Assembly (NCBI GenBank): GCA_964016885.1
Contig: OZ024742.1
Span: 179,738,001-179,802,000, forward strand
Source of the DNA: Eledone cirrhosa
Lineage: Eukaryota
Length of the DNA stretch: 64,000 nucleotides
Direction of reading: 5' to 3'
Part shown: piece by piece, positions 50,886 through 63,252 of the stretch
Numbering within the stretch: the first letter of the stretch is position 1
How the letters are laid out: every line of letters starts with the position of its first letter
Position numbers and translations under genes: made by a program
Notes under the pieces: generated by a model
What the model saw: the letters and a program-made list of their open reading frames with translations, nothing else
Databases searched by the model: none
What the model was told of the DNA's origin: nothing

Positions 50886-51599
50886 AAATGCAGGGTTAGT
50901 GTTCAACAAAATCAACCCCTTATCAATATGTCATAATGTAGCTGCAGTGAAGGCCTAGTGGTTAGTGTGTTGGTTTTATGATCATAAGATCTTGTGTTTT
51001 ATTTCTGTACTGAGTGTTGCATTGTGTTCTTGTGCAAAACACTTTATTTCACAATATTCTTCATGTTAGGACTGAGCCTCCTATCATTAGAGCACATGTA
51101 AAAACTCCTATGAGATACAACATCATAGGAGGCCAGCTAAATCTACATAATTGTGAGCTGTAACAGCAATAACACGATGTGACTAGACCCCCTATTGTTA
51201 AAACAACCCCAAAAGATCATATGATATAGAAACTTGTAGGAGACCAGTTAAACAGGTATAGGTATGAGCTGTATATTTTAATTTTCTTTTTAGCTTCTTG
51301 ATTAGGATCAATAAGTTGAGCTTGAACAAATAGTTTTCATTTTTAATTGGAAAGATTCTTTTAGAATTATGTTAGTAAAGTTATGTGAATTTCCATCTAT
51401 GCCATGTCATCACAATTCTCATCCCTCAGAATTTATTAGCTTTCGATATTTATCAATACATTGTTATAAATGCAATTTGAAAGTGGGAATTTCAATTTAA
51501 TAAGTATTCTTCTACAAGCTCATTTAATTAATAAGATTGATAAACTATGACTTTCCCATGACTTTCGGGAACATTTTTTCACACTCAGAGTTGCTGAAG

Positions 51600-51850
51600 C
51601 ATGGAACATACTACCTGCATCAGTTGTTAGCTGTCGACACACTGCATCCTTTAAGGCCTCCATGCTTCCCGAGATCCGCCAACACTACAGCTAATGGTCC
51701 CCCTCCATACACTTACACACATCTATACCATGACTCATACACTATTCACTTCCCTGACATTTGTGTATTATTCTATGTACTATACATACACCTTTGACGA
51801 GTTGTAGTGCACCTGAGCACTTTACACAATAATTTCATTATTATTATTAT
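51600..51850 (+). mobile_element. Probable L2/CR1-group LINE 3' end with (ATT)n tail
   Basis: TTGTAGTGCACCTGAGCAC..AATAATTTCATTATTATT. Confidence 0.4.
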
Positions 51851-54800
51851 TTTTTATATTAATATTAATTTGAAAAAAACATAATTATGTTAGTATAAAT
51901 GAAATAATAAATACATAAACACAGAGAAAGCAATAAATAATAATATAAATAGCTGAATACAAAAGGATGTAATAGAACCTTGAGAGAGTGAGAGAGAGAG
52001 TGAGAGAGAGAGAGGGAGAGAAAAGTTATAAGTTAGATATAGACTAATATTTACATTAATGTAGTTAAATAAATCTAATAGTCTCTCAGTTTATCCTATT
52101 GATATAACAACATTAGGCTGAGGGTTTTATAAGTTTGCTTCAACAACTAACATTTCTGACGAAAACATACAAATAGTTTTTCTGCTATTTTCAGTAAGAT
52201 TACATTTTCTTATGTTTCTTCCAATTCTCAGCAGAATTACATTTAACTTTGTTATATATGTTGCATTATTTCTTTTTCTCCCACCTTTTTATTTCATTCA
52301 CTATTTTTCACTTTTTTCTTATTCGGTTATTTTTGTTTCCTACATTTAATCATTGTTCTCAGTTATTGTTACTTTTTTCTGTCGTTGTTTCCTGCAATGG
52401 AGAAATTGTTATTCTGCAGGTCTGTTTTAACAAAATGTCTACTTGTTCAAGGAGATTGATGTTGACAGCTTGAAAACCAAAAGAGTATCTATCTATTCAA
52501 ATATCGATGCCAACTTTGGTACACATACAATAACATTAGGTTTAGCAATATCTGTATGGTTATCAATGTGACACATGGTCCTAAGTTGGAATTGATTCAA
52601 AAGTGAACTTAACATGTTATACCTCTGAGTTTCATGAAAATGATTTCTACTAACTCTTGGGAGTGACACCATGACCACCTTGGTATGTAATGCTTGATAT
52701 CAGCCAAATGCCTGTCAGTTCATATCTTTTTACTGCTGTTTGTGATCTGTTATATCATCATTTTATGTCCATTTACCATACTGGCATGGGTTGGATATGT
52801 CATCATGATCAGATAGCCACGTCTTGTTCCCTATTTTAGCATGGTTTCTATAACTGGATCCCCTCTTAACACCAACCATTTTACATAAAAGGTATTTCAG
52901 TCTCAATCTAACTAAACAGATGGCAGTAGAGTTCACTGTTGTAACTAAAAGGAAAGCAACTATATGATTTGTTGCATTTAAATCCTGCAGGAAATGATAA
53001 AGAGAAAAAAGTCCTGTGGTTACTCTTACTACTCTTCTGCTTCTGACATATTCCAGTCAGCAATTATGTTAAATATGACACCAAGTGACTCTTGAATTTA
53101 GGCAGCAATAGCATTTCATTCAATCAAATCATCCATTTCTCTTCTTTTGCTTGGTAAATACATTTTTCTCTTTATAATTATATATATCTTTTATTGACAG
53201 TTGTATAAATAACACTACAAATGTGTAAATAACATTATAAATTTAAGAAAACGCAGGTGTATATATAAATGTGTAAATAACATTATAAATTGCTCACAAT
53301 ACGTTCAGAAGAACATTACAAATATAATGTTGTTGATAAACACAAATATAAACGTTTAAAAGAGAGAAAAAAGAAAAATGGTGGAGTTGGTGGTGGGGAG
53401 GTGGGGCAAAAACTTAAAATGACCATCAATTCAACACCAAATATGACAATCACATCATAAGGGTTAACTAAACACTTTGGTGCCCAATCTCCATTTTTAA
53501 TCTAATTTATCCAATTCATTCCTCCACCTTCTTTGTTGTCATTCTTTGAGTTCATTTTTATCACTAGGGAACCACTCTATAAAATTGTTCATCTACCTGT
53601 CATCATTCATCCTCTCAACATGTTCATCCCATCACTATTTCAAGGAATTTTGAAAGTATGTTAGCTTAAAGTAAGTTTCTCAGTTTATCCTATTCATATG
53701 ATAATATCAAACTGGGGTTTTTATAAATGATTCATTATACAAGTGATTTTTTTTTGTTATGTATATATCAGGGATTTTATGAACTCGAAAAAGTTATTTA
53801 GTTTTGTTTGCTTTCAGATCCATTTTGTTCTTTCCACCATATTCCAAACACAAAGCAATTATGCTAATGTCAAGCTGTTCTTAACTTGTTTATTAGGTTC
53901 CATGTTCCCACAATTGTCATTTAAGATGATTTCCCGATTGTAAACTTGTTTTTAAGTATTCACCCATTTGATAACAAACCATATATAACTGACTCTGGTC
54001 TATACTTCAAAACTGCTTATATTAAAATGTTTATATTTATCTAAAAACCACTAATCATAATTTTATGTAAGAGACTGTTAATTTATGTTCCAAACACCAA
54101 TTTAATAATGGTGAAGTTAGTTATCCCTCCAAATTCCTGATTATCTAAAAAACTATTTGAAAATCACAGGTTCTGTTTTTCAATAAAACTGTAGTAACAA
54201 AATGGTTACAGACATTTTGTTTTTTAAGAATGAAACTTCAGCTGCTGTAGGGACAGAGAAAGAATGTTTCACTTCAAAGTGAGAAGAATGTTTTAAAAGT
54301 GAATACATATCACTTCAAAGTGAGCATAGAAATTTACCAGTAAATGCTAGGTAATAGCTCTAGGGTAGTTTTCATCCAATGAAAAAAAATTAATTCAGTC
54401 CTACTTTGTTTTTCATCCTTGAGAGATTTATTTTTTAGCTAAAATATATCTGGAGGCTAATGGCTCAGAACAGAGCTTGTCCTGGTTTCATTTGTTGGTA
54501 AGTAACTGAGAGAACAAGATTTCTTACTGGACAGGATATAAGTCTGTTGCAAGGTTAACCCTCTGCTCTTTCAATAATTACAGGTTCTAAGTGGACTAGA
54601 ACAATGTGAAATGCAGTGCATTGCTCAAAGACAAAATGCAGCTCTTGATCTGGGGCTCAAGCTCATGACCCTATGACTGTGAGTCAAACACTATAACCAC
54701 AAGTTGGATAATATAATTAGAGACGGATAAATAAATACTGAAGTTGATGTATGCAATATTACCCAAGATATCTGTGCTCCAGGATGGTTGCAGTCCAATG

Positions 54801-55292
54801 AGAGAATCTAGCAAAAGAACAAAAGAATAAAACATAAAACATAATTTTGGCATTCATTCTACTAATGTTGGTTAATATTTACCAAATTCTATACATGTTA
54901 GCAGCAGGAATCTGTAGAGATGCCACAATTTACAGTCGAAAGAGTGTTTTTGGATTTGTGCAAATCCTCTTTTCCTTCTTCTTCAGTCAATAATGCTGCT
55001 GTGTTAAAGCATTATTGATGGCAAAACTAAAGAGAAACCCAAGCTGTATTGAAATCTATTTTATCTGGGGTTGTTTTGATATCAATGATGATTGGGGAAA
55101 GGGAGATGTGTGGTGGGAATGAGAGATGAAAGAAAGGAAAAAGTGAGAGGAAAAAGTGAAAGAGAATCTATATATATATACCTATCTATCACCTTCTCAT
55201 ATATATATGTAGGGGAGTGTATGTGTGTATTGTGTGTATATGTATATATACATATATATATATATAGTTCATAAAAGATCGTTTTGTGTATT

Positions 55293-55357
<65 letters not shown>

Positions 55358-55889
55358 GCATATCATCAGCATTACTAAAAGAAAACCCTCTTAGTTTAAT
55401 AGGTGAGGAGAAGGCACAATTGTCCTACAGACGCTTGACAGGTTCTTCAATGTAGAACTGTGAGAGGTCGGAATATATGGTGCTGTTTGTGCTGCTTGGA
55501 TTTTGTTATTTTCAAGTAAGCTCTGAACAAACCTAGAATCAAAAATTTTCCAGCTATGGTAATACTCAATTTTCCTTTTGTATAATTTTGTATATTTAGA
55601 ACAGGGGTCACAAACTTGAAGCCAACAAACTACTTTTCTATAGCCTACGGCAGAACTATTTTCATGATAAATATTTTTGTAAAACTTGGTAATTTCTCCC
55701 TTGTGTATGTATGTAGATGTATATATAAATGTTTATGGGCTTTTAGAGAAATTTTGAAATGGAAAATTTGTGGCCTCACATTTTGTACTAATTCACATAT
55801 CTTACTTACTGAAATAATAAAAAAAAGAAATAGAAGCCTTCAATTGTAATGCAGATTAGTATCATTGTAATGCAGATTAGTATCATTAC

Positions 55890-56305
55890 TGGTGCTGATG
55901 TTGGTGGTTTGATGGTAGATTGATAGTGGTGTTTGTTGAATGGTGGCAGTAGTGGTGTTTTTACTGTGGTAGTGAAAGTAGATAGAATTTTCAGTGTTTT
56001 GGGTGTAGTAGTTAGGGGTGGAGTTGGTGTGGTTTATAGAGTGGTGGGTTAGTGGTGTTTTTAGTATAATGGTGTTGCTTTTAGTGTGATACAGGTGTTT
56101 TCAGTGTAGTGGTGGTAGTATTAGGAGTAGTGATGGTGGTGTTCATAGAATGATGAGTTAATAGCATTTTGACTGTGGTGGTAGTAGTGGTTATGTGGGT
56201 GGTGTTAGTGGTTAGGAGGTGGTGTTAGTGGTTAGATGGTGATGGGGTTGTGTGATGGTGGCTTGCTTGCATTCATTGTAGAGGGTGGTGGTAGGATGGT
56301 GGTGA
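55890..56305. repeat. Degenerate (GTG/GTA)n low-complexity tract
   Basis: G/T-skewed trinucleotide decay. Confidence 0.8.
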
Positions 56306-57247
56306 AAGCTGCTCATGTAATATGTTGACAGATAAAGTGTGTTTAACAAAAGCGAAGAGATTAAGGTAAATGGTTGAATGGGGATGATGTAGTGTGGTGT
56401 TTATTTACTGCCAAACTTTCTTTAGAAACCATAATAGCAGATGATGTTGATGTATAATGTTGGTAAAATATAAGATACAATCAACATTTCAGGAAGCCAA
56501 ACATATTGATTACTACCACGCCCATCCAACCCTATACCACCCCTAACCATCACCACAACCACCAATGCCACTGCCAACAATAACAACAACAAAGCCACTA
56601 CTGAAAAATAAAAAATAAATAATTGAAGTGTAAAGAAAGCAGAACAAAAATTAAAAAAATGTAAAAGAAAAAAATGTACAAAACAATAATTTGTTTGATC
56701 TAACACCTGGATTGGATGAAAAAAACATATGTATCATCATCATCGTTTTTATGTACGTTTTTCCATACTTGCATGGGTTGAACAGGTCCTTCTCAGCACA
56801 GCAGCTCTCCACTCGCTGTGTTCCTTTGTCGTCTCCTCTGTGAGTGTCAGCAATTTGAGGTCAGCTCTCATCACTCTACCCAGGTCTTTATTGCTCTACC
56901 TCTACTGCGGCTTCCTTCCAATGAGATTTTCTGGAACTTCATCACCCATCGATGACTTGGGTTGACTATGAATGGCCAGACAAAGATATAGGAAAATTAA
57001 AGGAATAATGTTGTGATAATGTAAGTCGATAAAGTTAGCTAAAATATTTAAGTTCATTTCAGTCAATAAAATAACATCTAGCAAGAAATTTTCATGGAGC
57101 AAGCTCATATCAAAACAGTCAAGTTTGCTGCACAGTAAAATTCTATTAATCATGTGACATTTTTTTTTACCTAAGGTCTCTCTAATGTCTAGTTTCCTTA
57201 TGTGTTAATCTTGATTTAAGCAAAAAATACCCGTTAATGCCTGTATA

Positions 57248-57594
57248 TCATCATCATCATCATCATCATCTTTTACGTCCACTTTTCCCTGCTTGCAAGG
57301 GTGGGACGGGAACTGATTCTGGCTTGATTTCTACAGCTGGATGCCCTTCCTAACACCAACCTCATTTACAGTGAGTGCTGGGTGCTATTTTGCCGTGGCA
57401 CCTCCACGACCAATTTGCAGTGGAATGATATGGACCCCAGTCCCTATCATCTCATTTCTGCAGCTGAGTAAACTGGAGCAATGTGAAATAAAGTGTCTTG
57501 CTCAAGGACACAATACATCACCCAGTCTGAGAATTGAACTCACAACCTTTCGATTGCAAGCCCAATGCTCTAACCACTAAGCCATGTGCCTCCA
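57248..57594 (-). mobile_element. SINE family B, chimeric tail
   Basis: As 15445-15788. Confidence 0.85.
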
Positions 57595-58421
57595 TGTGTA
57601 TGTATACATATATATAGTGGCTAACGGTAACAATATGAATTAATAACTGAAAGCCTGTCACCTTCTTTAATTTGCTTGTTCTGTCTTTCTGACGTGAAAG
57701 ACCTTGGATGGATGTTGCCTCATGCTGCCAGCTTAGCAGCAATATCTGTTAATTACAATATTATAACTTGTTTGAAAATTGTGCTTTGTGTTCTGAATAA
57801 AAAAAAGAAGGCTAAGATTGAAAATAAGATTTTGTTATAAAACGAAATGATTAATTACAATTTAAAGAAAAACAAAAGATAAAATGTTCCCTTGCTCAGA
57901 GGAATTAATGAAATAGAAAAACTGTCCATCACATTGGTTCTTTTCTTAAACCACGTATTACAGCTGTCTTGATGTATTTTCTTGAATTCTGTAGAGAGAT
58001 AAAGATTCCACATTTGTCACATTTTCTGTCCTTCAGCCATGTCATGTATGAAATGATACCACTGCTGTGCTGCCATTAATTTGGTCAACATTCCGCATGA
58101 CTAGTGATTGTTACATTGTAGTGACAACAGTAAGTTAGAACATGGCTTGACAATCGTGGAGTCGTTATAATAAACAAAGCTTGCCCGATCTCATAAAAAT
58201 ACGTAAGCACGTCCTGGGAATTTAAATCAGATAACAGTCTATGTAATTAAATATATATCTCTATATATATAGGTTTCTTAGGTCACTAAATATAGGCCGG
58301 TTCGTAGCCATTAAATCAGAAACATTGGTGCTTTTATCGAATTCCAGGAAAGGTCTTATTTGGGAAAATTAGAACTGTATTTGTAGTTATGGAGAAAATT
58401 GGTTGTATATATATATATACA

Positions 58422-58562
58422 CAGTCCAGAAATAGCCATCGAAACGGCTTGAGCTCTGCCGTCGGGGTCATACTTTTTCCTATAACCCACTCTACTACCC
58501 TAAGTATTGAGTACTCTGGTGCATTATGGTCCATCTGCTTCCTTACCACAACTCCTTCGTTA
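58422..58562 (+). mobile_element. Family HH-h truncated copy without mirror arm
   Basis: AGTCCAGAAATAGCCATCGAAACGGC..GCCGTCGGGG + shared tail; in TA tract. Confidence 0.7.
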
Positions 58563-58984
58563 TATATATATATATATATGGATTTATTTATTATTAATAG
58601 AGATTATAAGTTTATGCAATGAATTTCCTTAAGCAGGATCATCTGGGATGAAAGCAGAAATTTATTGCTTACACTTTTAATCTGTACTAATAATAAATAT
58701 TTGCTCTATGGGTTTATATATACTTATATGTATATACAACCTTTATTTTGGTCTTTGTACTTATTATTACTATACATAATAGACATACAAGAATGTCGCT
58801 GGGAATTTTTTTAAAGGCTGCGATCATCAGAAAGCTATTTCTAGATCTTTATCTATCATTAGTGACCCACGTGCTACTGAGACAAAAGAGGGTAAAAGCT
58901 ATATGGTTTCTACATGTGAAACAGAGGCTGGAAATGCTAATTTGCATATAGTGCAAACTTGACTGGTGGCACTAACATAGTGTA

Positions 58985-59031
58985 AATGTCACTGATGATG
59001 GATAAAATTCCAGAAATAGATATCTGGCATT
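58985..59031 (+). ncRNA. Type I hammerhead ribozyme (AUC site), family HH-e
   Basis: AATGTCA-CTGATGA-TGGA-TAAAAT-TCCA-GAA-ATAGATAT-C-TGGCATT; 7-bp stem I. Confidence 0.75.
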
Positions 59032-60544
59032 CTTTCTGAAACTGAGATAGTTGTGACATGATCACAGCTTTTTTAAAAATTCATATTGAGTTACTCGTAT
59101 GATTATCATACATAGACATATTGTATATACTTTTATATACACCCCCATGATGAACTACGCTATGGTAGTGCAACCTCTAATATATATATATATATATTTA
59201 TCTATGTGTATGTGTGTCTCAACACAAATGACCATAATATCAGTTTGTCACTATAAATAATAGTTGAGAAAATCAGATGGCGTAAAGTGGATAAAGGAGC
59301 CTGCAAGGAATTAAACCCTGCATTTCTCGGATGCCGGCTGAGCATATTAACCACAACACTAAAGAGACAATGGCCACCAATTCTTTCATCAGTGCTGAAT
59401 ATGTATGATGGTAAGTTATGAGTATATATAAGCACATATAGAATATATGATGAACTTACATATAACTGAATAGAATAAAAGAACTAAAACTTGAGGAGAG
59501 TAGGCTCACTCTAAATTCTAGGTCTATGCCTATGGCCTCACCTCTCCCTCCCCACCTCTTCAGGTCTGTGCGTAAATGGGTAAGTTTACTAACAAGCCAA
59601 TGCAGGTGATTAACAAACCAATGAGAAAGACTGATCGAGTCAGTGAAAGAGTTTCTCCCCATTTGTTTCTCCTACTAGAAATAGCAGCCAAATAAAAAAA
59701 ATCTCCGCTACCAATTATTAGCCATAACAATGAAGTGGAATAACTATGAGGCATACTAATATGAAACAAGATCTACTTTAACTGGTACTAACTTGATTGC
59801 TATTTTCCATGCAGAAATATCTCTAGTACATCATAATCATATTTATCATTATCATCGTCAACACATCATTTCCACCATCACCATTAACAGCATTATGTTT
59901 TTGACTAACTTGATCCATTTACCATGTTTTGTATCATATACTTTGATATATAACATGTTATATAGATAATTATTTTAGTGGATTCAGAAGTAACCACAGA
60001 TTTATAAGGGTGTGACCCTTACAAATTTATGTGGAAACTTCTTCTCCTCAAAGTCATATCCATTTAATTCAGAGAAAGTGTCATGCCCTTAACAATTTTA
60101 TAGCTAGTACTTATTCTATAAACTGCATGTTGTTGACAAGCAAAATAAACATGTGTGGTATTTCAACTTTCAAACAAGTGGTATGAAACATTGGATATAT
60201 AGAATATTGAAGCAATTCATAACAGATTTTCATACCATCGGTGACCTACACTGATTTTTAATTTCGATAATTCTGAAACAGTATTTGGCACTAAATGGGA
60301 TTTATGAACTTTCCAACAGAGGTCAATAAATACATGTATTGGCTATTACAGTATAATCATCAAGCATAATAAAAGGCATGTTGGCATTTTGTGGTTTTCG
60401 ATAACAATATCAGGTCACATAGTGTCAGAATGTTTATCTTTCCAGGATTTTTCTAAATTTATTTCTGGATAGCCATGCAAGCATGGAAACAAAAGGATGA
60501 GGAAGCTGAAGATACATACATACACAGTCACACACATATATATA

Positions 60545-60839
60545 TATATTGTTATATTTGGGGATGGTCATATTGTTATATTGCCAGAAATAATAATAAA
60601 ACACACTCACTGTTTGGTTTGGATTGGTTTTCGCTTCTGCATCTTTTATATCGCCATAGTTAATTTATCTGGCAATCAATATTTCTCATTGATTGACCAA
60701 TGGTTAAAAATACAGATATAGACATATGTATATAGTCTATCAAAGTTCTTTCATCACACATTTGTGACATCATCAGTGGTACTATTGTTTCCTCCCATTG
60801 TATTGTAATGTCTATGCCATTTTTATTTAATTTATTTAT

Positions 60840-60842
<3 letters not shown>
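60545..60842 (-). mobile_element. Family HH-a' copy with hammerhead relic at 60738-60781
   Basis: Reverse-complement homolog of 23295-23592. Confidence 0.7.
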
Positions 60843-60875
<33 letters not shown>

Positions 60876-60905
60876 CATATACATATATCTACATATGTAT
60901 ATATA

Positions 60906-61558
60906 TCATCATCATTATCATTATCATCATTTAATGTCTATCTTCCACGCTAGCATGGGTTTAGACGGGAGTTGTCCCGCTTGAGGCTAGATTGGTCGGG
61001 TGACAATGTCTCGCTTGTATAGGACTGTCTGGCAGGTTTTCTACGGCTGGATGCTCTTCCTAACATCAACCACGTTTACAGTGTGGACTGGGAGGTTTTT
61101 ACCGTGTTACATACACTGCCACATTACAGTGTGGACTGTGTGTGTTTTTGTCGTGACACCTACAAGACTTCATTTATTTAGGACTGGATGTAGTGGTACC
61201 AACATAACTTTACAGAGAAAGGAGGTGGTGTTGATGGGAGTGGGGGTGGTGGAGTAGGGGTAATGAGATGGGGGTGTATATTTGGTTAAGAGGTGCCTAC
61301 TGACTGTAGGTTTCGCTTTATACACAGGCAAGGCGGGTCTTCTGTATTACTGCGTAGCGCCAAAGATCTCTGTTCAGTGACATTGTCTTAGAGAGGTGTA
61401 AGTGTGTAAGGTCAGAATTTATCAAATCGTCCCAGGTTTTTCTGGGTTTGCCTACTCCGTAACTTCCATCAATTTTGATCGCCCTGCACTTTTTATATAA
61501 CTGTCATCTTTCATGCGCATCACGTGACCATACCAACGTAGTCTTCTCTCGAGTAAAC
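60906..61558 (-). mobile_element. RTE-A-related subfamily 3' fragment
   Basis: [31 protein letters not shown] + 3'UTR + tail. Confidence 0.9.
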
Positions 61559-61618
61559 CGCTCTGTATAATCAGTTCCTGATTATTACTAGAATTCTATA
61601 AGAATCAAACATTCATGA

Positions 61619-61712
61619 TTTTCAGCAAACAGGTGGAGTACTTAGCTTTGATAAGTACCAAAAAGTACGAAACAGAGCTCTGTCAGCTTTATCTCCCCCT
61701 GTTTGCTGAAAA
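61619..61712 (+). ncRNA. Type I hammerhead ribozyme, U3-A8 core variant with long stem I (HH-f)
   Basis: AGCT-TTGATAA-GTAC-CAAAAA-GTAC-GAAA-CAGAGCTCTG-TC-AGCT, closed by ~20-bp distal helix. Confidence 0.75.
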
Positions 61713-61907
61713 AATTTAAAGTAAGTGAGACTGTCACTACTCTAAAACAATAGCGTAAGGTCTTCGAAATGCTTTTAATTAAGCATACAGTGTATTGCAA
61801 AATACACTATATATACATTCATATATATTTAATTGGTGTTGGATGCTTAAAGCGTCCATATGTGGTAGGCCGTATGAGCACTAGATGCTCTCATAGAGCA
61901 GAGTATG

Positions 61908-62189
61908 ATATCACAGAAAAAAAAGAGAATCAGTGTTGCGACGAATGAAATTTATTGGACATATTACAATCGTTTCTCTGGCGACCAGCTCGAGGCACGA
62001 TTGATGTAATGATCGAACCTGGAAAATCTGCTTCGTAGAATCAAGACGTATCTGAGGACCTTGCGATTTTCAGAGTCAGGTTCGATCATTACATCAATCG
62101 TGCCTCGAGCTGGTCGCCAGAGAAACGATTGTAATATGTCCAATAAATTCCATTCGTCGCAACACTGATTCTCTTTTTTTCTGTGATAT
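61908..62189. mobile_element. Fold-back hammerhead element, family HH-g
   Basis: ~114-bp arms 61908-62021/62077-62189; AATAAA at 62142; ends in (TA)n. Confidence 0.75.
62045..62140 (+). ncRNA. Type I hammerhead with 63-nt stem II domain (GUA site)
   Basis: GACGTAT-CTGAGGA-[CCTTGCGATT..GGTCGCCAGA]-GAAA-CGATTG-TA-ATATGTC. Confidence 0.65.
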
Positions 62190-62201
62190 ATATATATCTT
62201 G

Positions 62202-62269
<68 letters not shown>

Positions 62270-62362
62270 CAAGATAGATTCAGTAAGAAACTGGTTAGAC
62301 CATTACTCACCAAAGTACTTGATACTTGAGGTAGTAGATTATGGTTATATGAAAGAGTCAGA

Positions 62363-62456
62363 ACCACGACGGCTGAGCTCTTGCCGTTTCAACAGCTAGA
62401 TCCAGACTGACTTGCAGATGTGTTATCGGTGGAAGAACTGTTTCATCAGGGGATAT
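62363..62456 (-). ncRNA. Type I hammerhead with 52-nt stem II domain (GUC site); full form of family HH-h (element from ~62282)
   Basis: TCCC-CTGATGA-AACAGTT..AGCTGTT-GAAA-CGGC-AAGAGCTCA-GCCG-TC-GTGG. Confidence 0.7.
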
Positions 62457-63072
62457 CAATTAGTCCAAATAAGGGCATACATTATCTATCCAATTGTAAC
62501 GAATCTTTACAAAAGTATCTGGTTTGTTGAGAGAGTGACTAAGTGGGGTTGTGTGTATATATCTAGCTTAGTTCTTGTTCGTACACATGTGTGCATCTGT
62601 ATGTGTGGTCAAGTGTATCTCCTGACCTATCTAGATGAAATAATGGTGGAAAGGGCCAAATTATATTTATAGAGACGGTATGTAAGGTTTAGTGGGTGTG
62701 TATGTGTGTTTACTACCTCAGGTATATTTTCGTGACCTTCAAACAACTGGAGTATAGAATCCGTGTCAATCGCATGTCAAAGAATCGTACTATTTGACAG
62801 AAAAGTGATTAATCAGCTATGAGCTGGCTAATTTTCTATTCAGCAGAACACATATGCATCTGAAGACAACTATATACACATCAAGATATATTTTCTAAAG
62901 TAGGCCAAGCAGAGGAATCTGCATAGTTATGATCATTCTTCACAACTGACAATTTTTAGTTTATAGAGGAAAAACTAGGTTTTGCACAGAAATATTTAAA
63001 AGAAAATTCATGGATAACAATTGCAGTGATGGAATCGATAATAAAATTCCTATTTAAATTGAATAAATAAAA

Positions 63073-63252
63073 AATAATTGTTTCTACTTTAGGCACAAGG
63101 CCAGCAATTACCCAGTGCATTACTGGTACTTTATTTTATCGACCCCGTAAAGATGAAAGGCAAAGTCAACCTCGGCGGGATTTGAACTCAAATCGTAAAG
63201 GGACGTAACTATGCTGGAAAGCATGGCGTCCGACCCTCTACCGATACTGCCA
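63073..63252 (-). mobile_element. SINE-A, young copy
   Basis: Near-identical to 3975-4152. Confidence 0.9.

Noticed and set aside
57663-57747. Possible minus-strand host exon (AG..AAG|GTGACA, open 84 nt); similar candidate at 54885-55045
   Set aside because: No recognisable protein and no consistent exon chain; needs RNA-seq.
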